In this document: piece after piece, positions 21,609 through 31,569 of the stretch
Layout: each line of letters begins with the position of its first letter
How positions within the stretch are numbered: the first letter of the stretch is position 1
Notes under the pieces: generated by a model
Told to the model about the DNA's origin: nothing
The model's database searches: none
The model's input: the letters and a program-made list of their open reading frames with translations, nothing else
Made by a program: the position numbers and the translations under genes
NCBI RefSeq assembly: GCF_001194135.2
Contig: NC_068990.1
Location: forward strand, 14,826,644 to 14,889,137
DNA from: Octopus bimaculoides
Lineage: Eukaryota
Reading direction: 5' to 3'
DNA length: 62,494 bases

Positions 21609-21955
21609 GTGCATGTGTGTTTGGGCACTCCCATAAGAATTCTGTAAATTATATTGTAATACTTTTGTTTTTCCTTTTGCAGACCAAATGGCTAATTTCT
21701 CAACAGTTAGCAGGAGCAATGTTGTGGTCACTGGACTTAGACGATTTTAGCAACATGTGCGGGAAAGAAGCCTTTCCACTAACCAAAGCTATCCGTTATA
21801 CTCTTGATCGCGATGTAGGACTTGTTACTACCACAGAATCTCCTGCAACAAAAAGACCAAAACTTACAACTACTGCAGGTGCCACTTATGTTCACATGTC
21901 ATACTACTTAGCAGCATATATTCTTACAGCTTATATCTTCTATTATAATATGTGA
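5247..21955 (+). CDS. GH18 chitinase (CHIA/chitotriosidase-like), 7 coding exons, 439 aa (gene span)
   Basis: Exons 5247-5316, 8867-9285, 10601-10725, 13763-13886, 15375-15560, 17645-17767 and 21683-21955 all have AG/GT boundaries and compatible phases (1,0,2,0,0,0), totalling 1320 nt. Family motifs CYYTNW, CTHLMYAF, FDGIDIDWEYP, MAYDFHGSW, QWIGFDD and WSLDLDDF occur in order. Confidence 0.95.
5911..6646. mobile_element. Mariner-derived non-autonomous element with a nested RTE 3' fragment
   Basis: Imperfect TIRs tacatgggagtgcttaaaagttcctggtt (5911-5939) and aaccaggaactttttcagcaccctctcatata (6615-6646). A mariner C-terminus-like segment lies near 6010-6055. An RTE tail is inserted from about 6058. 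Confidence 0.6.
6058..6540 (-). mobile_element. RTE LINE 3' fragment (diverged)
   Basis: Begins with the (CAT)n tail and tttaatgtcc...ccatgctggcatggg head shared with many copies. It ends in a decayed GRPRKxW-type RT C-terminus at about 6380-6490. Confidence 0.65.
7280..7441 (+). repeat. (ACC)-rich microsatellite running into a gap
   Basis: Imperfect CAC/ACC trinucleotide repeats. It is intronic and lacks a plausible exon context. Confidence 0.85.
8867..9285 (+). CDS. Chitinase exon 2 (contains catalytic DxxDxDxE)
   Basis: Acceptor ttttccag. Encodes KSKYISACYYTNW...NFDGIDIDWEYP...LLLK. Donor AAG|gtaagg. Confidence 0.97.
10601..10725 (+). CDS. Chitinase exon 3
   Basis: Acceptor tttcttaag. 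Encodes TLRDSIEKE...KLVLSAAVGVGKQRITNGYEVDKVS, matching GH18 LLLSAAV...GYEV. Donor GA|gtaagt. Confidence 0.93.
11307..11612 (-). mobile_element. SINE sharing the family D 3' tail but with a different body
   Basis: 11307-11410 is the reverse complement of the 35170-35270 tail. The tRNA-like head tggcccagtggttaggg...gttttgattc lies at about 11545-11605. Confidence 0.75.
13155..13700 (+). mobile_element. RTE/Rex3 (Expander)-like LINE 3' remnant
   Basis: Decayed translation AGAVMYQLLHSVISRREVSAKAKFAVF...QAAKMGF...IERSQLQYYGHVVRM...PTGRRPR, typical of the RTE RT C-terminus. Confidence 0.8.
13763..13886 (+). CDS. Chitinase exon 4
   Basis: Acceptor cacattttag. Encodes YVDFLNVMAYDFHGSWNRITGFKSPLY...ELSQ. 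Donor CAG|gttggt. Confidence 0.96.
15375..15560 (+). CDS. Chitinase exon 5
   Basis: Acceptor ttggcag. Encodes EWSIEYWLKLGAPKNKLVLGM...GPYTKEEGFLSYYE. Donor GAG|gtgaca. Confidence 0.95.
15690..16345 (+). repeat. Degenerate 32-bp minisatellite (about 20 units)
   Basis: Recurrent unit approximately AGAGCTGTTAGACTCTGCTCTGCATCTGGAAC; a 32-nt period was counted in adjacent units. Confidence 0.8.
16990..17550. repeat. (ATGT)n and (TA)n microsatellite cluster around the palindrome
   Basis: Seen directly. Similar TA/CA/CAT/AAT arrays occur throughout the window, e.g. 1-100, 2548-2632, 4250-4400, 33200-33620, 44880-45060 and 51948-52010. Confidence 0.95.
17218..17468. repeat. 251-bp near-perfect palindrome (MITE-like) between (TA)n tracts
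   Basis: Arms 17218-17343 and 17344-17468, centre ccttc|gaagg, no spacer, about 12 mismatches and one indel. Confidence 0.95.
17645..17767 (+). CDS. Chitinase exon 6
   Basis: Acceptor cttccacag. Encodes ICNKL...VPFAYKGDQWIGFDDYKSIQLK. Donor AAG|gtaaaa. Confidence 0.96.
17991..18760 (-). mobile_element. DD37D (maT-type) Tc1/mariner transposon relic
   Basis: Translation ...YVWQQDSAPCHTSRRTQS...PNSSDCNPLDHYV...NGDFIE*, with 37 residues between the 2nd and 3rd Asp after correcting a frameshift. A terminal ...ttgcaccctgta (TACAGGGTG-type end) lies at about 18735-18758. The other TIR is not seen. Confidence 0.85.
19964..20054 (+). mobile_element. 91-bp non-autonomous Helitron-like element
   Basis: 5' end A|TCTCTATATATAAA. 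3' hairpin acccgg-tcaacg-ccgggt (20026-20043) followed by CTAG|T at 20051-20055. Confidence 0.7.
20311..20674. repeat. About 365-bp imperfect foldback (MITE-like)
   Basis: atataaatgagtaacaaag.tgtacagg...catttgaaagaaactgttct...catattcccatcaataatggaactcaaaa is mirrored by reverse-complement segments up to 20674. Confidence 0.9.
20888..21500 (-). mobile_element. RTE LINE 3' UTR copy (spans a 50-bp gap)
   Basis: Same 3' UTR as 36592-36975. Further copies at about 7902-7960, 16617-16775, 22955-23170, 27846-27962, 28800-28890, 39270-39620, 43935-44190, 52290-52460, 54745-54870 and 61005-61330 (minus), and 38050-38355, 40445-40735 and 55760-56050 (plus). Confidence 0.8.
21683..21955 (+). CDS. Chitinase exon 7 (end of the barrel, Thr-rich stalk, hydrophobic C-terminus)
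   Basis: Acceptor ccttttgcag. Encodes TKWLISQQLAGAMLWSLDLDDFSNMCG...TTTESPATKRPKLTTTAGATYVHMSYYLAAYILTAYIFYYNM*. The 3' end is less certain because a weak donor AG|gtgcca exists at 21879. Confidence 0.85.
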   Translation, partial: TKWLISQQLAGAMLWSLDLDDFSNMCGKEAFPLTKAIRYTLDRDVGLVTTTESPATKRPKLTTTAGATYVHMSYYLAAYILTAYIFYYNM

Positions 21956-22093
21956 AGAATGATATCAGTTATGACATGGGAAGAAAATAGAGGAACAGCA
22001 TCTCTAACATCCTTATTTATAACACCCATGTCTTTACTTCATTGTGGTTTAATATCTGTAACTTTTAATTTGGTATTTTTAAAATGTTTTATA

Positions 22094-22099
22094 AATAAA
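22094..22099 (+). terminator. Candidate poly(A) signal of the chitinase
   Basis: AATAAA about 140 nt after the stop at 21955, followed by a T/GT-rich tract. The hexamer is common in AT-rich DNA. Confidence 0.35.
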
Positions 22100-23239
22100 T
22101 ATATAAACAAAAAGAATCTTGTTTGACATTTTCTTTTCATCATCATCATCATCATCACCATGACCACGACCACGACCACCAGAATTTGAACTCAGAATGT
22201 AAGGACAGAAGAAATGCTGCAAAGCATTTTGTCTGACGTGCTAACGATTCAACCAGCTCATTACCTTTATAATAATAATAATAATAATAACAACAGCAAT
22301 AATAGTAATAATAATAATAATAATAATAAAGAAGTGAAATAGAACCTGTGTGTGTGTTTATTATTGGCATAATGACCCTCCTGTGTTACAACAAAATCTG
22401 TTTCTACTCATGGGTTCACATCAAATATCTTACAAACCAAATACAAAAACAAAACATTTGTATTTATCCAGATATGATTGCTATTTAATTAATCTCATTC
22501 TGTTGTTTATTTAGTTCTTGTGATTCAATCAACACTTAGCTGGGTCAGCACAGATTTAAGGTCATTATAAACAGAGTGTAAAAGAATTTGAAGTTGTGCA
22601 GGAATCTGTTGATTGAATATGAAATTACCCAAATATTTCACCACAGATCTTTTTTCTTTGTTGTCTGTTACACACACATGATATGTTGGAGACATTTTTT
22701 TAAAAAGCTATGTGTGTGTGTGTGTGTGTGTCATTGTGTTTGTGTATGCCCCAGTGACTGACAGAATAAACATCAGGCATTAAAATCAAAAAATGTACTG
22801 GGGTCACTTCATTCGACTGATATCCCCTTAACATGGTGCCCCAGCATGGCCTCAGTCTAATAATTGAAACAAGTAAAAGAATAAAAGAATATATAAAACA
22901 ACACAGCACACATGACTTTTGGAAACAATTTTTTCACACTCAGAATTATCGAAGCATCATCCTCATTTAATGTCCATTGTCCATGCTGGCATGGGTTGTA
23001 TGATTTGACCAGGGCTGGTAAGCTGAGGGGCTTGCATCAGACTCCATTCTCATTTGGCATGGTTTCTACAGTTGGATGCCCTTCCTAATGCTCCCCCAGT
23101 TTACCAATTTTCAGTCAAACCGTCCAGTCCATGCCAGCACGGAAAGTGGGTGTTAAATGATGACGATGGTGGTGGCAGCGGCAGCGATGAGGACACACAA
23201 CAGATTAGACAGTCAGAAAAAAAATTCCTAACATTGGGC

Positions 23240-23640
23240 TACAACAAGTAATCTGAGATGCCAAGGGCCTTCCTAAATATCCTAGGTGACCCTAATAATA
23301 CTGTTACCTGGAGCAGCACTAAACTAGGTTTTGCCTATTTCCTCTATCCATCTGTTCAAATCTTTAGGAAGAGTTCCTAATGCATCTATAACTTCAGGGG
23401 TACATTTTATTAAGACTTTCCATAGCCACTGTAACTCAGTGGCTAGGTCCTGGTACTTTGCTATTTTCCAATCTTCAAAACCTGCTGAATATCCAAGAAG
23501 CAATACTGGCTGTGTTTTCCAACCTTCACTAGACTCATGCCATTTAGCTTTGACTTGCATTTCTATAGTTCATCCTCTGTCAAATTTTAATACTCCTAGA
23601 TACTTATAATTCAATGACACCACCCGTTCTTTGGTGCCTT
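23240..23640 (-). mobile_element. Non-LTR retrotransposon remnant with a restriction-like endonuclease C-terminus (R4/Dong/NeSL-like)
   Basis: YKYLG (RT end) followed by KIAKYQDLATELQWLWKV...VIDALGTLPK and LLGSPRIFRKAL. Confidence 0.7.
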
Positions 23641-23795
23641 TAGCAAAGTCTATTCTGTGGTAAGCATTTGGGAACAGGGGCAAGGTTTAAGAACGCCTTC
23701 CTCAAACCTGTCTCGGAAGTCCGACAACAGGTCATAGGCATTGCTGTTCTCTCCCAAGCACACACACGCACAAGCTATCTCAGGCCACAATTAGT

Positions 23796-23951
23796 CAGTG
23801 GCGCAGCTAGAGTGTATGCCGCCCGGGGCAGCCCTTGTGTTTACTCCCTACTCTGGACCCCAAAATGCCACCACTCTGAAAACGTCGCCTGACACGGACT
23901 GCCTCCTCCTCCTCCTCCTCCTCTATGGCACGCCTCCTAGCTACGCTTCTG
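23796..23951. mobile_element. hAT-type MITE
   Basis: TIRs cagtggcgcagctag / ctagctacgcttctg. The 8-bp flanks caattagt / tgattagt match at 6 of 8 positions. Confidence 0.6.
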
Positions 23952-24056
23952 TGATTAGTTTCCTTGGTTTGTGTTATTGACATCTCTATAAGGCGGCGAG
24001 CTGGCAGAATCGTTAACGAGTCGAACAGAATGCTTAGCGGAATTTCTTTCAGCTTT

Positions 24057-24155
24057 TTACGGTTAGGGTTTGGGTTTTAGGGTTTGCGTTAGGGAATTCC
24101 GTCCTTAACCGTAACACTAACCCTAACCCTGACACTAAAACCCTAACCCTAACAC
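24057..24155. repeat. Telomere-like (TTAGGG)/(CCCTAA) repeats in inverted arrangement
   Basis: ggttagggtttgggttttagggtttgcgttaggg followed by ctaaccctaaccctgacactaaaaccctaaccctaac. Confidence 0.8.
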
Positions 24156-27100
24156 CGTAGTGAAGATCGCGCGGGTATTACGGAAAAGCCGATCTTTGGT
24201 AAAGATCGCTGAAGACACTTTTTACGGAAAAGGCCGATATTTAGGATTCGTACCGAAAGATCGCCTACGTCTGTCCTTTCGGAGTTGATAAAATAATGCC
24301 ATCCATATAATCGCCTAGCTCCTTACTCCATCCAATTTCAGGTTTTCTGTCTGTTACAAGAAGAATTAAGAGCTTTGGATTATCTCCCCTGTTGGGAAAC
24401 CACATTACAGTGTTATTTACAGCACCTGTCATTTGTTTACATGAATGTCAGTTTCTGATCAACACAAACATGATTTTGTAATTAATGTTCTATTTACTTA
24501 AATATCTATTTAAATTTTTTAAATTGAATCTCAAATCTCAGAATGTGTAAAGGTAAGAGACGTGTGTTATATTTATATATCAACTATATCTTTTCAAATG
24601 TTTCGCACACGACACTTGAACGATAAAGAGAGATAAAGCATGCTTCTTCAAAGATTAGTTTGAATTTAATCAGTCGAGTATTTATATCTACAAACATTAT
24701 CAATGCAATTAACTTACACTTCAATCCAAAAGTTTAAGCGTTTACTTAGTTATTGGTTCCAGAAGAAATAATGTGATCAGTACACAAAATATAGGGTAGA
24801 AACACCTGCAAAAAACTTATTTCCTCCCTCCAAAAACGTATCAATTTTCTTTACCTCTGTGGAGTGTATGTTTAAACATATTTATAAATTTGTGCTCGAG
24901 ATATCCAGTATTTTCAGAAGATTTCAATATTAGTATTTTTTTCCCCGCAGCATTTTGTAATTTCGTGTCCTATTCCTTCCTTCTGCGGTAATGATAGCTG
25001 TTCCCAAACCCTGCCTATATCTTAGTTTCCAGTATACATTAAAGATCAATAAACTAATTTTTTAAACTTGGCCTTTTAAAATTAAACAATCAAACTGCAT
25101 TTCTGTTCATGCTTAACATAATTTGTCTTTAATACAGAAATCTTTAAAAGAAGAACTTATAAGTCGGAGGACCTTATCAATAATCTGTTTCGGATAATCA
25201 TTACAGTAGCTAAAATATATCCGATCAATTTGGATCCCCTATTTTATTACATAATAATTTTCTGTAACCCATTTCAAAAGTGAAAGCTAACGTCAATTTT
25301 TTACCCCTCTGGTACCAATAGAAACTATCCCATATATATACACTTATTTATGCAAAAACCCACGTGGAAGCCTCTAAATGGTCGCTCTAGCTGAAGAAAA
25401 CAGCAGCTAAATATTCATTAAATAAGACCCTACTCTCTTAAAAACTGAAGGACACCATGCGTGATGTATTTCGAATAAAAATGGAATAAATTGGAACACC
25501 TTTGGTCAGCTCTGTCCGGGTTGATCTCGTCAATAGTAACTGATGGAAACGTCTTCCTCTGCTTTGCAGCCATGTAGTCTTGGATTCAGTCCCATTTCGC
25601 GGCATCTTGGGCAAGTGTCGTCTACTATAACCCTGGGCCGCCCTATGCCTTGTGAGTTAATTTCGTTGACGGAAACTGTGCGGAAGCTTGTCATATATAT
25701 ATATGTAATTGTATGTATTATGTATGTACACATTTGAGTTTGTCTTCCACTACTTGACAACAGGTGCTGGCTTGTTTACGGACCCGTTTCTTAGCTGTTT
25801 GGCAAAACAGTTCTACAGAATAAGTACCAGACAGCATGGCCAGAGTCCAATGACTGAAACAAATAAAAGATAGGAATTATTGATAAGGAAAGACGGACCG
25901 ATTTCAGCTCTAATATCATTTCTACCAGTCAGTGTTGACTCTGGATGTAATTGTTATTATTGCTGTTGTTTACCCTAGAGGTGTTTCAGGCCTGACCATT
26001 TCTCTTAACCAATGCATCCTTTCCCTTTTTAAGACAGTTGTGTGTAAAGGAAGAGTGGTTTGGTCGTTATTTTTAGTAGGGTGCACTGCTTAGGTCTATC
26101 AAATTTACTCAAAAGTCATTAGTTGACCTAGGGCTACAGTAGAAGACACTTGCCCTAGGCAGTATGCAGTGGGTCCGAACCTGAAACCATGTGATTTCTA
26201 TATGAATCTTAGTTTAAGTTGTAAGCCTCCGATGTGTATCAATGTTAGCACACAACATGCCACCTCAGCTAAATATAGAGTGTACATGCCTGTCTACTTC
26301 TGATGGTAACTCTATACCCCCAAGGTGTCAGTCACGCTGGCCAAAGTGCACCCACAAACTTTCTAAAGATTCTAGTTTTGCTTATGCAAGTTAAACTTCT
26401 TTGTGACGTGATTTAATTTAGAAAGACGTAAAAGACAAAACAGTTCTACATATGTTGAGTGTAAATATGTAAAAGTTAATCACATCCGGGATGCATATGA
26501 TCCCATCTCATTTATATGTAATTAGGCACAGGCATAGCTGTGTGATTAAAAAGTCTGTTTCTGAACTAGTTTACAATCCCACAACTTAGTTTGACACAAA
26601 GGGACCGATAGAATAAGCGGCAGGCTTTTTAAAAAAATTGTAACCTAAAAATTAACGACATTTGAAGTACATACCCACCTCATATGTCTCTTTCTCTCTC
26701 TCTGTCTCTCTCTGTGTCTGTCTGTCTCTCTCTGTCTCTCTCTCTATATATATGTTATTAGCTAAGCTAAGATACCAAATGCATTACTCAGGGTGTAATT
26801 ATCTTTGCTTCAGTGACTGTATTCACGAGTGTATATAAAGTGGATACGCTGGGCAGATACATTTTGAGATTGTGTTTTATATTGACTACACTGCTTGACT
26901 GCTACTTATTTCATCAAACCCAAAACAACAAAAAGAATAGAATCCAATGCGTTTGATCTCAAAATGTAAAGTCATGTAACCCGATATAGTAATGCATTGG
27001 TTATGCTCTATTGATTTTTTTCAGTTCACCATCTTTTAAAATATATCTTGTATCTCTTACCTTTTACTTGTTTCTGTCATTGGCCTGTTGCCATTCTGGA

Positions 27101-27174
27101 GCATCATAGGCAAGGGATAAGTGGAACAAATTGACCCCAGTTCTTTTATGCTTTTTTTCTTTGACTTGTCTCAA

Positions 27175-27370
27175 AGGCGGCGAGCTGGCAGAACCGTTAG
27201 GATGTCGGGCGAAAGACGTCTGTCTTTATGTTCTGAGTTCAAATTCTGCCGAGGTTGACTTTGCCTTTCATACTTTCGGGGTCGATTATTAAGTACCATT
27301 TGTGTACTGCGGTTGATCTTTGTGTTTGACTGGCACCCTCCCTAAAGATTTTGTGCCTAAAGTAGAAAAG
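27175..27370 (+). mobile_element. tRNA-derived SINE family A
   Basis: aggcggcgagctggcagaa...gttctgagttcaaattc (A/B-box-like)...gactttgcctttcatcc...ccttgtgcc. Other plus copies at about 12955-13150, 23987-24300 (interrupted), 51040-51192, 51212-51430, 51815-51947, 52013-52230, 53362-53578 and 56897-57110. Minus copies at about 12540-12725, 22175-22265, 31168-31375, 47145-47380, 49600-49730, 53030-53240 and 61395-61820. Confidence 0.85.
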
Positions 27371-28061
27371 ATTCTTTGACTTGTCTCAGTCATTAGACTG
27401 TGGCCATGCTGGGGCACAATGTTGAAAATGTTTTGGTTGAACGAATTGACCCCTGTACTTGATTTTTTTTTAAAGCCTGGTACTTATTGTATCGGTCACT
27501 TTTACTGAACTGCTAAGTTAGGGTGATGTGAACACACCAAAACTGGTTGTCAAGCAGTGGTGAGGAGACAGACACAAAGATACACACACACACACACACA
27601 CACACACATATGACAGGCTTCTTTCAGTTTCCATGTACCAAATCCACTCACAAGGTTTTGGTTGCCCTGAAGCTAAGGTAAGAAGACACTTGCACAAGGT
27701 GCCATGCAGTAGGACTGAACCAGAAACTGTGTGGTTAGGAAGGCAAGCTTCTTACCACACAGCCACACCTGTACCTATAGTACTTGTATTGTTTTTAAAG
27801 TCTAGTATTTATTCTATTAGTTACTTTTGATGAACTTATGGGGATATCATCATCATCGTCGTTTAACGTCCGCTTTCCATGCTAGCATGGGTTGGACGAT
27901 TTGACTGAGGACTGGTGAAACCAGAAGGCTAAACCAGGCTCGAATCTGATTTGGCAGAGTTTCTACATATAAAAAAAAAAAACCAACAGCAGTTATCAGG
28001 TAGTAGAGGAGGTCAAACACAAATATATACACACACACACACAGAGAGATATGTATGTGTG

Positions 28062-28107
<46 letters not shown>

Positions 28108-28189
28108 ATCCTTGCTGTATGTGGCCGAGTATTATCCTGATGGAAGAACACCTTTTGTCTTGAAACCAAAGATGGTCGTTTTTCTTCTA

Positions 28190-28390
28190 GCGCTGACTTG
28201 AATGACTGGTTGAATGACCAAATCCAAGCTTCTCTGCTAGTTCCTCAACAGTTACGATGGGATTTTGTTCCACCAGGGTTTGCAGGATGTCTACGTCAAG
28301 CTCTTCAGATCTTCCAGGACAATGCTCATCTTCTAGGCTGTATTTTCTGTCTCGGAATTTCTAGAACCACTGTTGACACTGGCTTATATA
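28190..28390 (-). mobile_element. Mariner transposase N-terminal (HTH) fragment
   Basis: QQWF*KFRDRKYSLEDEHCPGRSEELDVDILQTLVEQNPIVTVEELAEKLGFGHST resembles mariner WFxKF...SLEDEERSGRP...REVAEEL...HST. Confidence 0.8.
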
Positions 28391-30809
28391 TGTAAAAAAA
28401 GATAATAAATAATTTCTAATGAGCATGATACTACAAATTGGAGGGAAAGGTTACCCAGTCAAATTGGTTCCATAATTTGACTGATGTTTTCATTTGTCAT
28501 TCCCAGGACAAAAACCCAAGTTGACCTAAGTAGGATTTGAAATCAGAATGCAAAGAGTTGTAACTGCACACTGCAAGACAATTTAATTGATGCTCTAATA
28601 ATTCTGAAAATCTATTGTCCTTTGCACAATTGTTTAAGACATTTGCTATCACTCTATCACATACGTACTTTCATTACACTCTACCATAAGTATTTATCAA
28701 GCATCCTTATATTTTTAATTGCAAAATAAATGAACGACACTCACTATGAATACACACACATCTATATACATATGTTCATACATTATACTTTTTAGTTGCA
28801 TCATCATCAGCAACACCGTTTTAATGTCCACTTGTTAACACATGTATGGGTTAGTTGGAGACAGGTTTTCTTTAGCTGGATGCCCTTCCTGTCACACACA
28901 CACAGATATGAAGGCAATTATGCAGATAAACAAAATTAAATATAACAGCGTGGATTTGATATCCAAAAGATATATATGTGTACATGCAAACAGAAAGAAT
29001 GCAATCAAACAAAGACAAGATTTTCAGGTGATAAATATTTAAGTATAAATATATCGACATTTATATATTAATAGATCAAACTCACACGGAGGAGAACTGA
29101 CAGAAAATTAAAGGGGAGGAAGTTAGGTGTTATAAGTCCAACAGCTGTTTCTGGGGACTCGGAGATCCATCATAATATTGGTAGATATAGTTCAGCAAAA
29201 TACACACACATACAAAAATAAGAGGGATGACCAGCAAAAGTGGACTCCTATATGCTAGAAATAGATGCCGAATCATCTAACCACGAAAAAAATATATGTT
29301 CTCAGTAAAAATTCAGCGACACAACAGACTGTGTCATCCCTCTTATTTTTGTATGTAATATAATTTTAATCTTTGGATTTTTTTAATATGCTAGACCACT
29401 GGTTCAAATTGATTAATATCAATTTCTACCCTCATAAATAAATTTTTATACACACACATATATATGTAGTTCACCAAAATACCATATATATGTATTTCAC
29501 CAAAATACACACACATATATATGTAGTTCCGGAAAATTGTCAAAAATCGGCATTGTTAGATTCCCCCCACCCCAAATTCTTCGNNNNNNNNNNNNNNNNN
29601 NNNNNNNNNNNNNNNNNNNNNNNNNNNNNNNNNNNNNNNNNNNNNNNNNNNNNNNNNNNNNNNNNNNNNNNNNNNNNNNNNNNNNNNNNNNNNNNNNNNN
29701 NCCCTAAAACCCTAACCGTAACTACAGAAATGTTTTGAAGTTTTCGTCGGAATCATAATGTCTGTATTTTTCCGCATATTTAAAAAAAAAAATTCTGAAA
29801 AAAAATTTTACAAAAATTTTTGGAAATTTTTTTCAGAATTATAATCTCCGTATTTTTCTGCATATTTTGAAAAGAAAAAAATTCTGAAAAAAGTAGAAAA
29901 TGAAGGATATAGGGGTAGGGGTGGAGTGGTAATTTAAAAATGCCGATTTTTGCCAATTTTTTTTGCAGATTCGTATTCCCCGTAGCCGAAAAATTTTTTT
30001 AGACGGTGGTTTTTTGGGGGAGGGACGGGTGGAAGTCTTGCTTCCGTTACATTCAAACTTCACTATTCAACCGTAACTGTGTGTGTGTGTGAATATATGC
30101 ATGCAAAGAGATCTAGATATGAACATACATGCATGTATGCATAACAATTTAAATAGTAGCTGCTATACAAATACATATATGGATGCGTATGCATACAATC
30201 ATATATTTGTTTAACAGTTGCGGTCTAAATTGTATTTATACAAGCGATTCTAATTTTTGCATTGCGAATTTGAAACCTTCAGAATATGTACGACTTGCCT
30301 TGCCATGAACGGTAACTAAGCAAAACTGTATGCATGAGTTCCTTCCCTTGATCTAGTTTCTTTTTTTTTTTTTTTATCAATAGATGATGAAGTTCTATTT
30401 GAGAACAACGTCATAACGAGTGCATAAGTGAGATAAACTTAACACGTGTGTGTTTACATCCTTGCACGCTTATTCGAAATTATCATTGCTTGAGTGGTGT
30501 TGGCAATTCTATCAATAACTTATACGTTTACTTCTTGTTTTCGAAGTCGTGTTTAATAAGAGATCCGTTATTAAAGACAAGTAGTGTTTAGTGTTAGGAG
30601 GGGTCATCCGACTGTAAAAGAATAACATATTTGTCCAACTCCACTTTGATTTTCTCCACAAAACCTAACCTCACTTGGGTTTTTCCTAAAAAGCCGCGTC
30701 CACCACGAACAAAGAAAATTATATATATATGCACAAAAGTATGTCTATGTCACGCTAGTATGAGACATCGCACTAGCGTGCCCATGTAGCTAAGCCATAC
30801 CCGAACTAT

Positions 30810-31010
30810 TGGAATTTCATTCCGGATGACCAGTTTCGAAGATTGAAGCAGCAGTTGAACATTCATAATAAACAAGTGGAAAATGAAACCGATGCTGAAA
30901 TAATACAATGCTGTAGTATATGTGAACAGCTTTTCAAATGCCTTTCAAGGCTCAAAAGTTATTTCAGATCTCATGCTAGGAAAGAGCAGTTTTGTAGATA
31001 CAAGAAGGTT
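30810..31010 (+). mobile_element. LINE ORF2 3' remnant with a degenerate C2H2 finger
   Basis: CSICEQLFKCLSRLKSYFRSH resembles the terminal CxxC..F....GL.SH.R.H finger of RTE-type ORF2. It is isolated and lacks exon context. Confidence 0.5.
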
Positions 31011-31569
31011 AAGCTCTGCAAAGAGCAGACAGCCACCACCACCACCACCACCACACACACACACACATTCAAAAGAAGTTTTAATTAAAACATCTTTTGC
31101 ACTTTTCTTCTAATGTTACTTGCTTATGTCTCATTCTAAAATAATTCATACCCCACCAGAATATTGATTTCAAATTATGGCACAAGGCCAACAATTTTGG
31201 GAAAAGGAATAAGTTGAGTACATCGACCCCTGTGCTCAACTGGTACTTATTTTATTGACGCCCAAAGGATGAAAGGCAATGACTTCCTTGGTGGAATTTG
31301 AACTAAGAACATGAAGACAAATGAAATGCAGCTAAGCGTTTTGCCTGGCATGCTAACTATTTTGCATTCCTGCCGCTCTTATATGCCCTACCAAAATATT
31401 GCCACACTTTATTAGTTGGGTGTGCATCCCACTTTGAGAAACATTGATCTAATCCATGCTACCATGAAAAAAAACAAACATAATGAAAAAACGGAAATGA
31501 AATGCGGTTTCAGGAAATGCTGCTACCATATTCAGAAGTGTGAAATAAATTTACTTTTATCATATTAAT

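Noticed and set aside
26279-26397. Possible phase-1 chitin-binding exon ECTCLSTSDGNSIPPRCQSRWPKC...
   Set aside because: It has only superficial C-x4-DG-x3-P-x2-C similarity. It lacks the aromatic residues and the later Cys of CBM14, and has no pyrimidine tract.
30843-31088. Standalone C2H2 zinc-finger gene
   Set aside because: It is a single degenerate finger with the first His lost and no linker or array; it is better explained as a LINE ORF2 terminus.
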